Positions 1 to 10,840 of a stretch of DNA of 64,000 bases are shown one piece after another (position 1 is the stretch's first letter; each line of letters opens with the position of its first letter). The DNA comes from Patescibacteria group bacterium (GTDB lineage: Bacteria; Patescibacteriota; Minisyncoccia; Phycocordibacterales; Zambryskibacteraceae): assembly GCA_004322205.1 (NCBI GenBank), contig SCSN01000008.1, forward strand, positions 18,370 to 82,369, in the 5' to 3' direction. The position numbers and the translations under genes were made by a program. The notes beneath the pieces are model-generated. The model was not told the DNA's origin, searched no databases, and saw only the letters and a program-made list of their open reading frames with translations.

Positions 1-32
1 TTATGTATCTCATGGGGGGTATACTGAAATGA

Positions 33-656
33 ATGAGGCGAGCACTCTTTGTCCTCATTCTTTTGACTTTGGGAGCGGGAATTTATTTCCTCTTTCTTTT
101 GCCGCGCGGCTATGACATTAAAAATTATCCTTCTTCCGGCAGGCGCATCGTCGCCTTTGGCGACAGTCTGATTGAGGGGGTAGGGGCGACGGAAGGAGAG
201 GATCTCGTCTCCGTCTTGAGCCGGACTCTCGACGTCTCCATTGAAAATTACGGCAGGGGCGGGGATACAACGGCTCTTGCCCTTGAGCGATTGCCCTCGG
301 TGCTTGAGGAAGTGCCTGAGCCGAAGGCGGCGATTATTCTTCTCGGCGGCAACGACTTTCTGCAGAAGGTGTCCAAGGAAGAGATATTCGGGAATCTTGC
401 AAAAATCATCACTGCTTTTCAAGACCGCGGCGCGGTAGTGCTTGTCCTCGGCATTCGCGGCGGATTAATCAAAGATAATTTTGAGGGCGAGTTTGAGCAG
501 CTCGCTCACCGCCACAGAACCGCTTACGTTTCCAACATTTTGCGGGGACTGGTGACCAATCGGGAGCTAATGTTTGATTCGATCCACCCCAACGACAAAG
601 GATATGAGCGAATTGCCAGCCGTGTCGCTCCGGTACTTAAAAAAATTATTGAATAG
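33..656 (+). CDS. GDSL/SGNH family lipase/arylesterase, N-terminal membrane anchor
   Basis: FGDSL block I, GGND block III, DSIHPN block V. Confidence 0.9.
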   Translation: MRRALFVLILLTLGAGIYFLFLLPRGYDIKNYPSSGRRIVAFGDSLIEGVGATEGEDLVSVLSRTLDVSIENYGRGGDTTALALERLPSVLEEVPEPKAAIILLGGNDFLQKVSKEEIFGNLAKIITAFQDRGAVVLVLGIRGGLIKDNFEGEFEQLAHRHRTAYVSNILRGLVTNRELMFDSIHPNDKGYERIASRVAPVLKKIIE

Positions 657-657
657 T

Positions 658-1077
658 ATGAACCGCGCTCTCCTCGTTATTCTTATTATTGTGTTTCTCG
701 CTGCTGTCTTTTTGGTGTTTTTGAAATTTTCATCCGAGACGCAAAATATCGCAGTTTATAAAGACTTAATCCGCGTCTTTTCTCCAGTCACCGGCAGCAA
801 GCTAGCGAGTCCTGTCTCAATCAGCGGTGAGGCGAGAGGATTTTGGTACTTCGAAGCGTCATTCCCGGTCGTTCTTTTTGATGCTCGCGGAAATGAAATA
901 GCTCGTGGCATCGCGACGGCGCAGGGTGATTGGATGACGGAGAATTATGTTCCTTTTGTCGCCGAACTTACCTTTCTGAAGCCGAACACAAAAACGGGAA
1001 CGCTCTCGCTCGAGAAAGACAACCTCTCCGGCTTGCTGGAACACGCTGACGCTTTTCGCATTCCGGTTACGTTTTAG
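658..1077 (+). CDS. Gmad2-like immunoglobulin-fold secreted/membrane protein
   Basis: ATG 658 right after upstream stop; signal anchor; ISGEARGFWYFEASFPV and AQGDWMT motifs. Confidence 0.8.
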   Translation: MNRALLVILIIVFLAAVFLVFLKFSSETQNIAVYKDLIRVFSPVTGSKLASPVSISGEARGFWYFEASFPVVLFDARGNEIARGIATAQGDWMTENYVPFVAELTFLKPNTKTGTLSLEKDNLSGLLEHADAFRIPVTF

Positions 1078-1084
1078 CAGTTCT

Positions 1085-2260
1085 CTAGCGCGTGTCTCGC
1101 AGCCGCGCCGTGTACCACAGACCGCTGGCGGTTACGAGAGCCAGCAGGTAGAACATCTCCCGCAGACCGAAAGTTGAAAGTGAGAGCCAGGCAAGCGCCG
1201 GTGCAAGGATAAAAGCGATAGGGCGCATCAGCCGGAAGAAACTTACAATGTGGGCGTCTTTCCCTTTAACTTGTTTGAAGAAATAGCTTTCATTGGTGGT
1301 TTCGGTCAGGCTGGCGCCGATGCGAGAGAAGAAGAGGAGGATCATCCAGGGAAGAACCGCCGCGACTTTAAGAGAGGGTATGAGAAACGAGGCGAGAGCC
1401 ATGATGATGAAACCCGCAAACATCATCTCTTTTTCTCCGAGCTTGCGGTCGGCCAAGCGCCCGACTGGAATTCCAAGCATTATAAACGGCAGGAGCATCA
1501 CGGTAAATATTTGCCCGATGGTCTGCCAGGAAAAACCGACAACGCCGTGAAGGTATATTGGAGTGTAAATGACCATCCAAGCGTAGAAGAACTGCAAGGT
1601 CAGTTGTGCCATTGAAACGCGCATGATGTTTGGGTGGCTGGTGATTTGGCGGATTGTTTCGGGAATACTCGTTTCTTCCTGGTAGCTCTCGATCTGGCGT
1701 AAAGAGGAGAAGGCGAGGAGAAAAAATGGAATTAAGAGGATGCTCGAGAGAAGATAGAGTGGTCGGTAATTCTCCCCCGCCACAATTAGTGAAACCAGGA
1801 GAGGAGCGACAACCAGGCTCCCATTGGCAACTGTCAGGTAACCTCCTCGAATAAGACCGGTGTTTGTCTCTTTTTTGATGACAGTTTCTAGGAGAATGTC
1901 GAGGGCAAAAACAATCATCATTACCACTCCTTGGTGAACGATAAAAGCGCCGGCAACAAGCCAGGGGATGCTACTTACTGCCAAGAGCCACACTGCGACA
2001 AGCTCGGCAGCTGACCAGAGGATGAGAGTGAAGAATACACCCGTCCTGCGGATGAGCCACGGCGCCTCGAGAAGCAAGATGAGATTAAGAACCGATCCCA
2101 AGACAAAGATTAAACTCACCGCGGAGGCGGAAAAAAATCGGGTAAGTAGTGAAGAGTTGATGTAGATAATGAGGAAATAATGAAAGGCGATAAGGAAATT
2201 CGCGAGAAAAATCGCGCGCAGGTGTCGGTTGCGAGATAAAATTGAAAGAATGGCCGTCAT
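1085..2260 (-). CDS. MFS transporter
   Basis: ~12 hydrophobic segments; GRLADRKLGEK motif A. Confidence 0.88.
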   Translation of the reverse strand: MTAILSILSRNRHLRAIFLANFLIAFHYFLIIYINSSLLTRFFSASAVSLIFVLGSVLNLILLLEAPWLIRRTGVFFTLILWSAAELVAVWLLAVSSIPWLVAGAFIVHQGVVMMIVFALDILLETVIKKETNTGLIRGGYLTVANGSLVVAPLLVSLIVAGENYRPLYLLSSILLIPFFLLAFSSLRQIESYQEETSIPETIRQITSHPNIMRVSMAQLTLQFFYAWMVIYTPIYLHGVVGFSWQTIGQIFTVMLLPFIMLGIPVGRLADRKLGEKEMMFAGFIIMALASFLIPSLKVAAVLPWMILLFFSRIGASLTETTNESYFFKQVKGKDAHIVSFFRLMRPIAFILAPALAWLSLSTFGLREMFYLLALVTASGLWYTARLRDTR

Positions 2261-2488
2261 CCCGTTAGAAGCAGGTCGCGGTCAGCACTTCCTGCATATA
2301 GTTATTTTGATAAATGTTTCTGCTTAATTTCATATTTTACCAAAGCATTTATTGAAACTGCGACCGCCCCGCCTGCCATCGCCTAATGCACAAATGTAAG
2401 CTATATAGATTGTAGTGTAAATATGTCATTTTCTACAAAATACCACTATTATCGCTCTGGCATTGGCGGGCAGGGGCTTCTAACGGAG
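2257..2488. mobile_element. MITE-like element with CCGTTAGAAGC/GCTTCTAACGG terminal inverted repeats (copy 1)
   Basis: TIRs at 2262-2272 and 2476-2486, AT-rich interior with nested inverted repeats; 2257-2275 is the exact reverse complement of 37492-37510. Confidence 0.6.
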
Positions 2489-2499
2489 CTCGTGAACAA

Positions 2500-4350
2500 C
2501 TAAACGCCAAGCACTACAGGGATGACGATAGGGCGCTTGGCGGTTTTTTGGAAGAGAAAACGGCTGACCGCGTCGTTGACGTTTGCTTTGACGAAGTCGA
2601 AGTTAATGGGGTTCATGCCGAAGGTAGCTTTCTCGATCGTTCGCTTAATAATGAGCCGGGTTTGCGAAAGCAGTTCCTGTGATTCGCGCAGATAGACAAA
2701 GCCGCGCGAAATTATATCCGGAGATTTCTTGAGCTTGCCGGTTTTGATGTCAATGGTTGCGACAATGACGACAAAGCCGTCCTCGGCAAGCATCTTGCGG
2801 TCTCGCATCACCACTTCTTGGACGTTGCCGATGGAAAAACCGTCAACCAGGACAGGGCTAGAGGGCGCCGATTCTTTGAGTTTGACGAGTCTTTTACCCT
2901 CATCTTGAATCTCGATGACCATGCCGTTGTCGGGGACGATGATATTCTCCGGTGTTATTCCGAGAGAGAGCGCCACTTCTTCGTGAACGCGGAGCATGTA
3001 GTGGGTGCCGTGGATGGGGATAAAGAAACGCGGATGAATTTTTCTGTGAAGCCATTCGAGCTCGCCGCGGTTGCCGTGCCCGGTTGAGTGAATATAGACG
3101 TCGGAGGTGCGGTAGTGGATGATCTTGGCCCCTTGCCGAGCAAGGTTGTCTTTGAGTTTCTGCACCGCCCTTTCATTGCCGGGAATGATGGAGGAAGAAA
3201 GAAGAACCGTATCATTTTTAGTGATCTTGACGTACTTGTGGCTTTTGAGAGACATTCGCATCAGGGCGGCGAATTCGTCGCCTTGGGCGCCGGTGGCGAG
3301 AATAATGATTTTGTCTGGAGGGTATCTCTCCATCACTTCTGGCATAATAATGGTGTCAGGTTTAACTTTGAGTCTGCCGACCTTAGCGGCGATTTCAACG
3401 TTGGTTTTCATGCTGCGCCCTTCAACCACCACCTTTTTGTCGTAGCGCTCGGCGCTCTCGATAATTGCAACGACGCGCTCAATTTGTGAGGCGAAGGTGC
3501 CGATGATAAGGCGGCGCTTGGTGGTGCGAATGATTTCGTCCAAATTTTTGTGGACGAGACTCTCCGGAGTGGACCAGCCGGGATTTTCAACATTAGTTGA
3601 GTCCATCATCAGGAGAAGAACATTTGCATTTTCAAAAATTGAATACTCTTCCTCCTCTGCTTCCGTTGGCACACCATCGACGTGATCAAGCTTGATGTCG
3701 CCGGGATTAACGATCCAGCCTTGGGGAGTCTCAATGATAATGCCCATCGATTCAGGGATGGTATGGGTAACGGCAAAAAAGCGCACCTTGAGATTGCCGA
3801 CGCTGATATGGTCCTCTTTTTCAACCATCCGCAGATCAAGAGCGGGAAGATGAGGAAATTCCTCCTGGCGCTTGCGAATCATGATGGAAGTGAGAAAGCG
3901 GGTGTAGATGGGAGGGTTGCCGATCCGGTTCATTATGTAAGGGATAGCGCCGATATGGTCGAGGTGTCCGTGGGTGATGATGAGGGCGCGCACTTTGTCT
4001 TTGCGCTCTTCGAGGTATTTGGTGTTGGGCAGGATATAGTCAATGCCCGGCGTGTCTTCCTCGCGGAACTGAAAACCGGCATCAAGGACAATAATGTCGT
4101 TGCCGTACTCGACTACCGTCATATTCTTGCCGATTTCCTCAACTCCGCCCAGGGGGATGATGCGGATACTGTCGCCAGCCGGAGGAATCTTTTCTTCTTC
4201 CGGTCGTGTTGCGATCTGCCTCTGCGTCCCACGCATCGGACGGCGCGGACGCCGGAGCATTCCCATGCCGCGCACTCGAAGGTTTGGAGCTTGGCGGGGG
4301 CGCAGCCGGGTGATGTGTTGAGAGAAAGAATCTTGGTGTTGTGGGTTCAT
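2500..4350 (-). CDS. rnj: Ribonuclease J
   Basis: PLGGVEEIGKNM, THGHLDHIG, HSTGHG, PIHG motifs. Confidence 0.96.
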   Translation of the reverse strand: MNPQHQDSFSQHITRLRPRQAPNLRVRGMGMLRRPRRPMRGTQRQIATRPEEEKIPPAGDSIRIIPLGGVEEIGKNMTVVEYGNDIIVLDAGFQFREEDTPGIDYILPNTKYLEERKDKVRALIITHGHLDHIGAIPYIMNRIGNPPIYTRFLTSIMIRKRQEEFPHLPALDLRMVEKEDHISVGNLKVRFFAVTHTIPESMGIIIETPQGWIVNPGDIKLDHVDGVPTEAEEEEYSIFENANVLLLMMDSTNVENPGWSTPESLVHKNLDEIIRTTKRRLIIGTFASQIERVVAIIESAERYDKKVVVEGRSMKTNVEIAAKVGRLKVKPDTIIMPEVMERYPPDKIIILATGAQGDEFAALMRMSLKSHKYVKITKNDTVLLSSSIIPGNERAVQKLKDNLARQGAKIIHYRTSDVYIHSTGHGNRGELEWLHRKIHPRFFIPIHGTHYMLRVHEEVALSLGITPENIIVPDNGMVIEIQDEGKRLVKLKESAPSSPVLVDGFSIGNVQEVVMRDRKMLAEDGFVVIVATIDIKTGKLKKSPDIISRGFVYLRESQELLSQTRLIIKRTIEKATFGMNPINFDFVKANVNDAVSRFLFQKTAKRPIVIPVVLGV

Positions 4351-4365
4351 ATGATATGTGGATTG

Positions 4366-6117
4366 TTAAAAGCGAGTGAAAATCTTCCAGACTTTGCTTG
4401 TCTCAATGTACCAGCGGTTGATTGCAGAGAATCGCTCGCTCCCCGTAACTAGGGTGCCGAGGGTAATGCCTTTAATGTTTCGAGGGATGAGGTAGAGGAA
4501 TTGCGGCGAGTAGACAAAGACCACGGGACGATCATTCCCAATTTCTTTCTCGAGCGCAGCGTAGGTTTCGAGGCGCTTTTCTCTGTCGGAGAGCGTTCGG
4601 GCAGTCTCCAGGAGCTTATCAGCCTTGCTGTTGACGTAGAGAGCGATGTTGAGGCCCGGATCGTTGCGCTGGGACGAGTGCCAGAAAGGGTAGAGATCAA
4701 TGTCTCTGCCGACCACTTCACCGAAAAAGAGGGCATCGTAGCGGCGCGGCCGAATGACGTCCTGGTTGAGGTCGCCGGTTTCATAAACCAGAACGGTGAC
4801 GTTGGCTCCGAGGTCATTCCACTGCTCTTGGATGCTTTTGGCGGCCAGTTTAAGTTCCGGTGCGTCCCCGGTGGCGAGCGAGAAAGCCAGAGAGAAATTT
4901 TCCTTCTTGGTTTTTTTCTCGTAAATGCCGTCGACCCCTTTCTTCCAGCCGTTCTTCTCGAGGAGCGCCCGAGCTTCTTCTTTCGAGTGTTCTTTCTCCG
5001 AGAGCTTACCCACACTCCCTCCTGTCAGCGCCGCGGGAATTGGCCCTTCAAGAACGCTGCCGTATCCGGAGAGTACGTCGCGCACGATTTTATCTTTGTC
5101 GAGAGCCAGGTCGAGAGCCAGGCGCACTTCTTTGTTGGTAAAAAGGTGAGCCTGATTTTGGTTGAAGAAGATGCCGAAGATGCGCGGCAGGTCGCCGACT
5201 GCAACCGGAGCGCCGGAGCGGGAAAGCTCGCTAACGAGGCTCGGAGAAACGCCGGCAACACTCTCGACACCGCCGCTCTTGTAGGCTTTCACCGCCTCGC
5301 TCTCATTGGCGAAGAATTTGAAGGTTAGTGTCCTAATGTAGGGCTCGCCTAGAGTGTAGCGGTCCGAGGCGCGCAAGCGGTATTCGTTGGGGATGCCGGC
5401 GGAGTTGCGCCGTGAGCTGGCGACACGGTAAGATCCGGAACCCACCGGCTCGATGTTGTACTGGCTGAAAGGGAATTCGTCAGCCGCCACGTTCTTCCAA
5501 ATATGGCTGGGAAGAATGCCCACGGTCATGTTTTCAAGAAACGGCGCGTAAGGCTGTTTTAAGGTAAAGCGAATCTCTCGCTCGCTCACTTTCTCCACCA
5601 CCACTCCATCCCAATTGCCGCGCTTTGGACTTTTTACTGCCGGGTCCTGAATTTTCTCTATGGTGAATTTGATGTCATCGGCGCTGACAAGTTGCCCGTC
5701 GTGGAAGCGGGCGTTTGGCTTGAGGAAAAAAGTATAGGTCTTCCCGTCCTCAGAGATTTCGTAGCGTTCGGCGAGATCGGGGATGAGTTCGCCATCGGGA
5801 GTCGGGCGCAGCAACCCCGAGTAGACGAGGAAAGAGAGATCACGATCCGCATCGGAGAGCGCCAGGACGGGGTTGACGAAGCGAGGAGAGCCGATGATTC
5901 CTTCGGTTAGGTGCCCGCCGCGCTCAGGGACTTCGACGAGAAAGTTGCCGTTTGTTTTGAGGACAAGTCCTATTCCAGAAAGTACGAAAATTGAAGAGAG
6001 CGTCCAAAAAGCCAGCCGTTCGGCAGGTGAAAACGACTGAACTGCCCGCTCGATGGCGCGTTCTCCCGGCAGACGGAATTTCTTATAGAGCAATTTCTGG
6101 AGAATTTCACTCTTCAC
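4366..6117 (-). CDS. ABC transporter peptide-binding protein (SBP family 5)
   Basis: PDLAERYEISEDGKTYTFFLK, FHDG, PVGSGSY; start uncertain. Confidence 0.88.
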   Translation of the reverse strand: MKSEILQKLLYKKFRLPGERAIERAVQSFSPAERLAFWTLSSIFVLSGIGLVLKTNGNFLVEVPERGGHLTEGIIGSPRFVNPVLALSDADRDLSFLVYSGLLRPTPDGELIPDLAERYEISEDGKTYTFFLKPNARFHDGQLVSADDIKFTIEKIQDPAVKSPKRGNWDGVVVEKVSEREIRFTLKQPYAPFLENMTVGILPSHIWKNVAADEFPFSQYNIEPVGSGSYRVASSRRNSAGIPNEYRLRASDRYTLGEPYIRTLTFKFFANESEAVKAYKSGGVESVAGVSPSLVSELSRSGAPVAVGDLPRIFGIFFNQNQAHLFTNKEVRLALDLALDKDKIVRDVLSGYGSVLEGPIPAALTGGSVGKLSEKEHSKEEARALLEKNGWKKGVDGIYEKKTKKENFSLAFSLATGDAPELKLAAKSIQEQWNDLGANVTVLVYETGDLNQDVIRPRRYDALFFGEVVGRDIDLYPFWHSSQRNDPGLNIALYVNSKADKLLETARTLSDREKRLETYAALEKEIGNDRPVVFVYSPQFLYLIPRNIKGITLGTLVTGSERFSAINRWYIETSKVWKIFTRF

Positions 6118-6181
6118 GGTGTAGCGAGCCCTCGCGGGCGGTATTGTGAGATTGCGATCTCGGAGAAGTTAAATAAGGAGA

Positions 6182-6406
6182 TTAAATGATGAGAGCGAGA
6201 AAAGAAGAGAGGGCAAAGAGAACGGCGACAGCGATAGTTGCGCGGAATAAGAATTTCTCTGCCCCTCGGCGAGTATAGTGAGTGCTGAACCCTTCTGCTC
6301 CGAAGGCGCTTCCCAGTCCCGCCTCCGATCTCTGCAAAAGAACTCCCCCGATGAGGAGGAGGGAGAGGAGAATCTGAATGTAGGGAAGGAGAGCAGAAAT
6401 ACCCAT
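6182..6406 (-). CDS. secG: Preprotein translocase subunit SecG
   Basis: VLLQ...GLGSAFG...RRGAEKFL, two TM helices. Confidence 0.92.
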   Translation of the reverse strand: MGISALLPYIQILLSLLLIGGVLLQRSEAGLGSAFGAEGFSTHYTRRGAEKFLFRATIAVAVLFALSSFLALII

Positions 6407-6500
6407 GAAGATAGTATACAGTTCTCCATAGAGTTGGCAAGCTCGTAATCTTTAGCGATTTTAGGCCTTAGCCGCAGTATATTTTGAATGTGGAGAATTA

Positions 6501-6528
6501 TTGACAAAAAGTTTAAGTATGATATAAT
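6501..6528 (+). promoter_or_regulatory. Sigma70-type promoter for the 6596 ORF
   Basis: TTGACA-N16-TATAAT with extended TG. Confidence 0.7.
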
Positions 6529-6595
6529 CGAATAAGATAGTATTTAGAGCATCAGTTTCACACCCACCACACCCACGTTGTGGGAAGGAGAATTT

Positions 6596-6922
6596 ATGAG
6601 TAGCGAAGCGGTTTCTGTGCCCGCACCGGGGCGCAATGAGCTCTTCGAGACCATCGAGGTCTTGGAAAGGGCCGTCCGCCACTCCGAGATTTCCATGGTG
6701 GAGCTCTCGGAGCGTCTCAGGGACTGTGTGGCGGAGGCCTATCGCCGCCACGACCGAGCGTGCTGGACAAAGAAGTTCGCCGAGCGCCGCTTCTGGGAGC
6801 GGCGAGCGATCCGTCTAGCGACCGTCACGCGAGATGAGATCAGGTCGCAGGTCCGGCAAGCCCTCGATGCTCGTCGACGTAAGAAAACGAAGGAAGGCCG
6901 CAGCGTTCAGGCCACAGCCTGA
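6596..6922 (+). CDS. Hypothetical helical protein
   Basis: AAGGAG SD before ATG 6596, own promoter, GC-rich hairpin plus T tract downstream. Confidence 0.65.
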   Translation: MSSEAVSVPAPGRNELFETIEVLERAVRHSEISMVELSERLRDCVAEAYRRHDRACWTKKFAERRFWERRAIRLATVTRDEIRSQVRQALDARRRKKTKEGRSVQATA

Positions 6923-7058
6923 ACTTGTCGGTCACGGGCCCCGCTCGCGCGTACGCAAGTACATGCGCGAACGGAGCTCTTTGTTTTTCGTTATTGACAG
7001 CTAAAGAAACGGCGTATACTATAATGCCGTATTTTTTTACCAACCAACTTCACTTTTT

Positions 7059-7394
7059 ATGAAGAAAAAGAGAGCTAATAAAGACAAGCCGGTAAAATCT
7101 TCCGTGGGTATGATTCCGCTTTGGGATCGGGTGCTCATAAAGGAGGAGGAGACGGCAGCCGAGGGAAAGCGTGAATCCGGAATTTATATCCCTGAAACAG
7201 TGAAGGAAGATCGCGGAACAAAACAAGGCAGAGTTATCGCTGTCGGAGAAGGAAAATATGAGAACGGCAAACTCGTTCCTCTCAAAGTAAAGGTCAGTCA
7301 AACCGTTCTCTTTCAGTGGGGAGATAAAGTTACTTTTCGCGGCGAAGAGTACTACATTGTGCGCGAAAGCGAAATTCTTGCGATTATTAGGTGA
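7059..7394 (+). CDS. groES: Co-chaperonin GroES
   Basis: PLWDRVLI, SGIYIPETVKE, VIAVGEG, ESEILAII. Confidence 0.95.
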   Translation: MKKKRANKDKPVKSSVGMIPLWDRVLIKEEETAAEGKRESGIYIPETVKEDRGTKQGRVIAVGEGKYENGKLVPLKVKVSQTVLFQWGDKVTFRGEEYYIVRESEILAIIR

Positions 7395-7442
7395 ATCAAA
7401 GAACGGAGCGACTATGATTTTCATACTCACTTAGTTCGTTAA

Positions 7443-9098
<1,656 letters not shown>

Positions 9099-9164
9099 AA
9101 GCTTTTTGGCTTTCGGCCGAGAGCTTTTTAGCAGGAATTAAAAATAATAGATAAAAAGAACCTC

Positions 9165-9788
9165 TCACTCTTCGGTGAGAGGCTCGCATTTGTGTTCTCC
9201 TCCCTTTCTGTTTGGTTTCAGTCCGGCGGCGGTCTGCGCCGCGCGCAGACTTCCAAAGGAACTGTAATAGTCCTCTGCCCAGAACTTACCAAGCTCGTCA
9301 ATCTCCCTCTCGCTCGGAGTGTGACCAAGTTTCAGGGCGAGCACTCGTAAGTCTTCCCGCATAACTTCGCGCCTTAGAGCTTGATTCCGCCACCTCCGTA
9401 GCGAGAAGAGTCTCTCCACCGCCTCTGTGATGCCAAACTCCAGCATCATTTTCCTAAGAGAAAAGTTCTTCACGCCGCCCCGCCCCTTTCTCTTGAGGGC
9501 TTTTTGCCAAGCATGGAGCGATGTTATCTCCGAGTTCTCTCTTAATGTCCGGATGGCGGGTAGCGGGTCTTTCGGCCAGTTGGGCTTTGAATAGACACTT
9601 CCTGTCTTCCTCACGAGCTGTCTTACCCTCTCCCTACTTAACCCTCCCAGAAGATCGCCAAGCTCCTCAAGAGTGTATTGCCCGCTTTCGTAGAGGGACC
9701 TGATGGCGAAGAGCTCTTGGGGACTTCTTCTCTCGCTACTGCCCTGAAGGCTTCTTGCGGTAATCACTACAATGTCTCTCTTGTACAC
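9165..9788 (-). CDS. Sigma-70 region-4-like HTH plus homing-endonuclease-associated repeat protein
   Basis: YTLEELGDLLGGLSRERVRQL (HTH); LGHTPS...Y...FGSLRAAQTAAGL repeat; AAGGAG before GTG. Confidence 0.7.
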   Translation of the reverse strand: MYKRDIVVITARSLQGSSERRSPQELFAIRSLYESGQYTLEELGDLLGGLSRERVRQLVRKTGSVYSKPNWPKDPLPAIRTLRENSEITSLHAWQKALKRKGRGGVKNFSLRKMMLEFGITEAVERLFSLRRWRNQALRREVMREDLRVLALKLGHTPSEREIDELGKFWAEDYYSSFGSLRAAQTAAGLKPNRKGGEHKCEPLTEE

Positions 9789-9934
9789 TGTATTCTCCTT
9801 TCAGTTCTGTTAGAACTCTAACCTTTTTACCCTTGACGTCAATAATTGAGTATAGCCATTTCGGTTGCTGGCTGGTGTCTTTCAGAAATTTACGAAAGGT
9901 GATAAACTTCGCTAAATAGAAATAAGAAAAAACT

Positions 9935-10492
9935 ATGTATCTCTATATTGCTCTTGGAGTCCTGGCCTTGATTGTTCTCTGGATAATTGCCAGCTATAAT
10001 CGCTTTATTCGTCTGGTCAATCGCGCTAAGGAGGCCTGGGCGGATATTGATGTTCAACTCAAGCGCCGCTACGATCTAATTCCTAATTTGGTCAACACGG
10101 TAAAGGGGTATGCGGAACACGAGAGATCCGCATTTGAAAATGTTACCAAGGCGCGCGCCGCCGCCATGGGAGCTCGCAACCTGGAAGAGAAGGGAAAGGC
10201 AGAGAATATGCTCACTGGTGCCCTCAAATCTCTATTGGCAGTTGCCGAAGCCTATCCTGACCTTAAAGCCAATCAGAACTTTCTTGAACTTCAGCGAGAA
10301 CTCTCCGACACCGAGAATAAAATTCAGGCTGCCCGCCGATTCTACAACGGCAACGTCCGCGACCTCAACATCGGCCTTGAATCATTTCCGGGCAATGTCA
10401 TCGCCGACATCTTCAAGTTTGCCAAAATGGAATTCTTTGAGCTTGAGGAAGGTGAGAGGGCGGCGAGAAGCCCCGTTGAAGTCAAGTTCTAG
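9935..10492 (+). CDS. lemA: LemA family protein
   Basis: AWADIDVQLKRRYDLIPNLV, EAYPDLKAN. Confidence 0.95.
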   Translation: MYLYIALGVLALIVLWIIASYNRFIRLVNRAKEAWADIDVQLKRRYDLIPNLVNTVKGYAEHERSAFENVTKARAAAMGARNLEEKGKAENMLTGALKSLLAVAEAYPDLKANQNFLELQRELSDTENKIQAARRFYNGNVRDLNIGLESFPGNVIADIFKFAKMEFFELEEGERAARSPVEVKF

Positions 10493-10506
10493 AGGATTTT
10501 AATCTG

Positions 10507-10820
10507 ATGCAATCTAAAGGAGACAACCTTTTGCACGAGGTAGCTATTAATGCAATTATTGCAAAGGATAACTCTTATCTCGTCACTATGTAACGAGTTT
10601 GGCGACTATTCATGCAGATGGATCACCTTCACTGGTTATTTCATGCCTAGCTCACTATGCCGGTGGGGAAGTTATCCTCAAAGAAGATGAAACCGACAAG
10701 TTTGCGTGGGTAACAATAGAGGAAGCGAAAACCTATGATCTTATTGATGGTATTTATGACAAAATTATGATGGCGGACAAGCTTAGCAAGGGCGAAAGGT
10801 CGGAGTGGAAACATAGCTAG
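10507..10820 (+). pseudogene. Nudix hydrolase remnant with internal deletion and frameshift
   Basis: N-terminal LHEVAINAIIAKDNSYLVT stops early; C-terminal YVTSLATIHADGSPSLVISC...FAWVTIEEA is in another frame; Nudix box absent. Confidence 0.6.
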
Positions 10821-10840
10821 CACTTGCGGCGGTCGAAATT

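Noticed and set aside
4501-5328. Long antisense ORFs (also 3682-4452, 57022-57615, 60399-61325)
   Set aside because: They lie opposite well-supported genes and carry no motifs.
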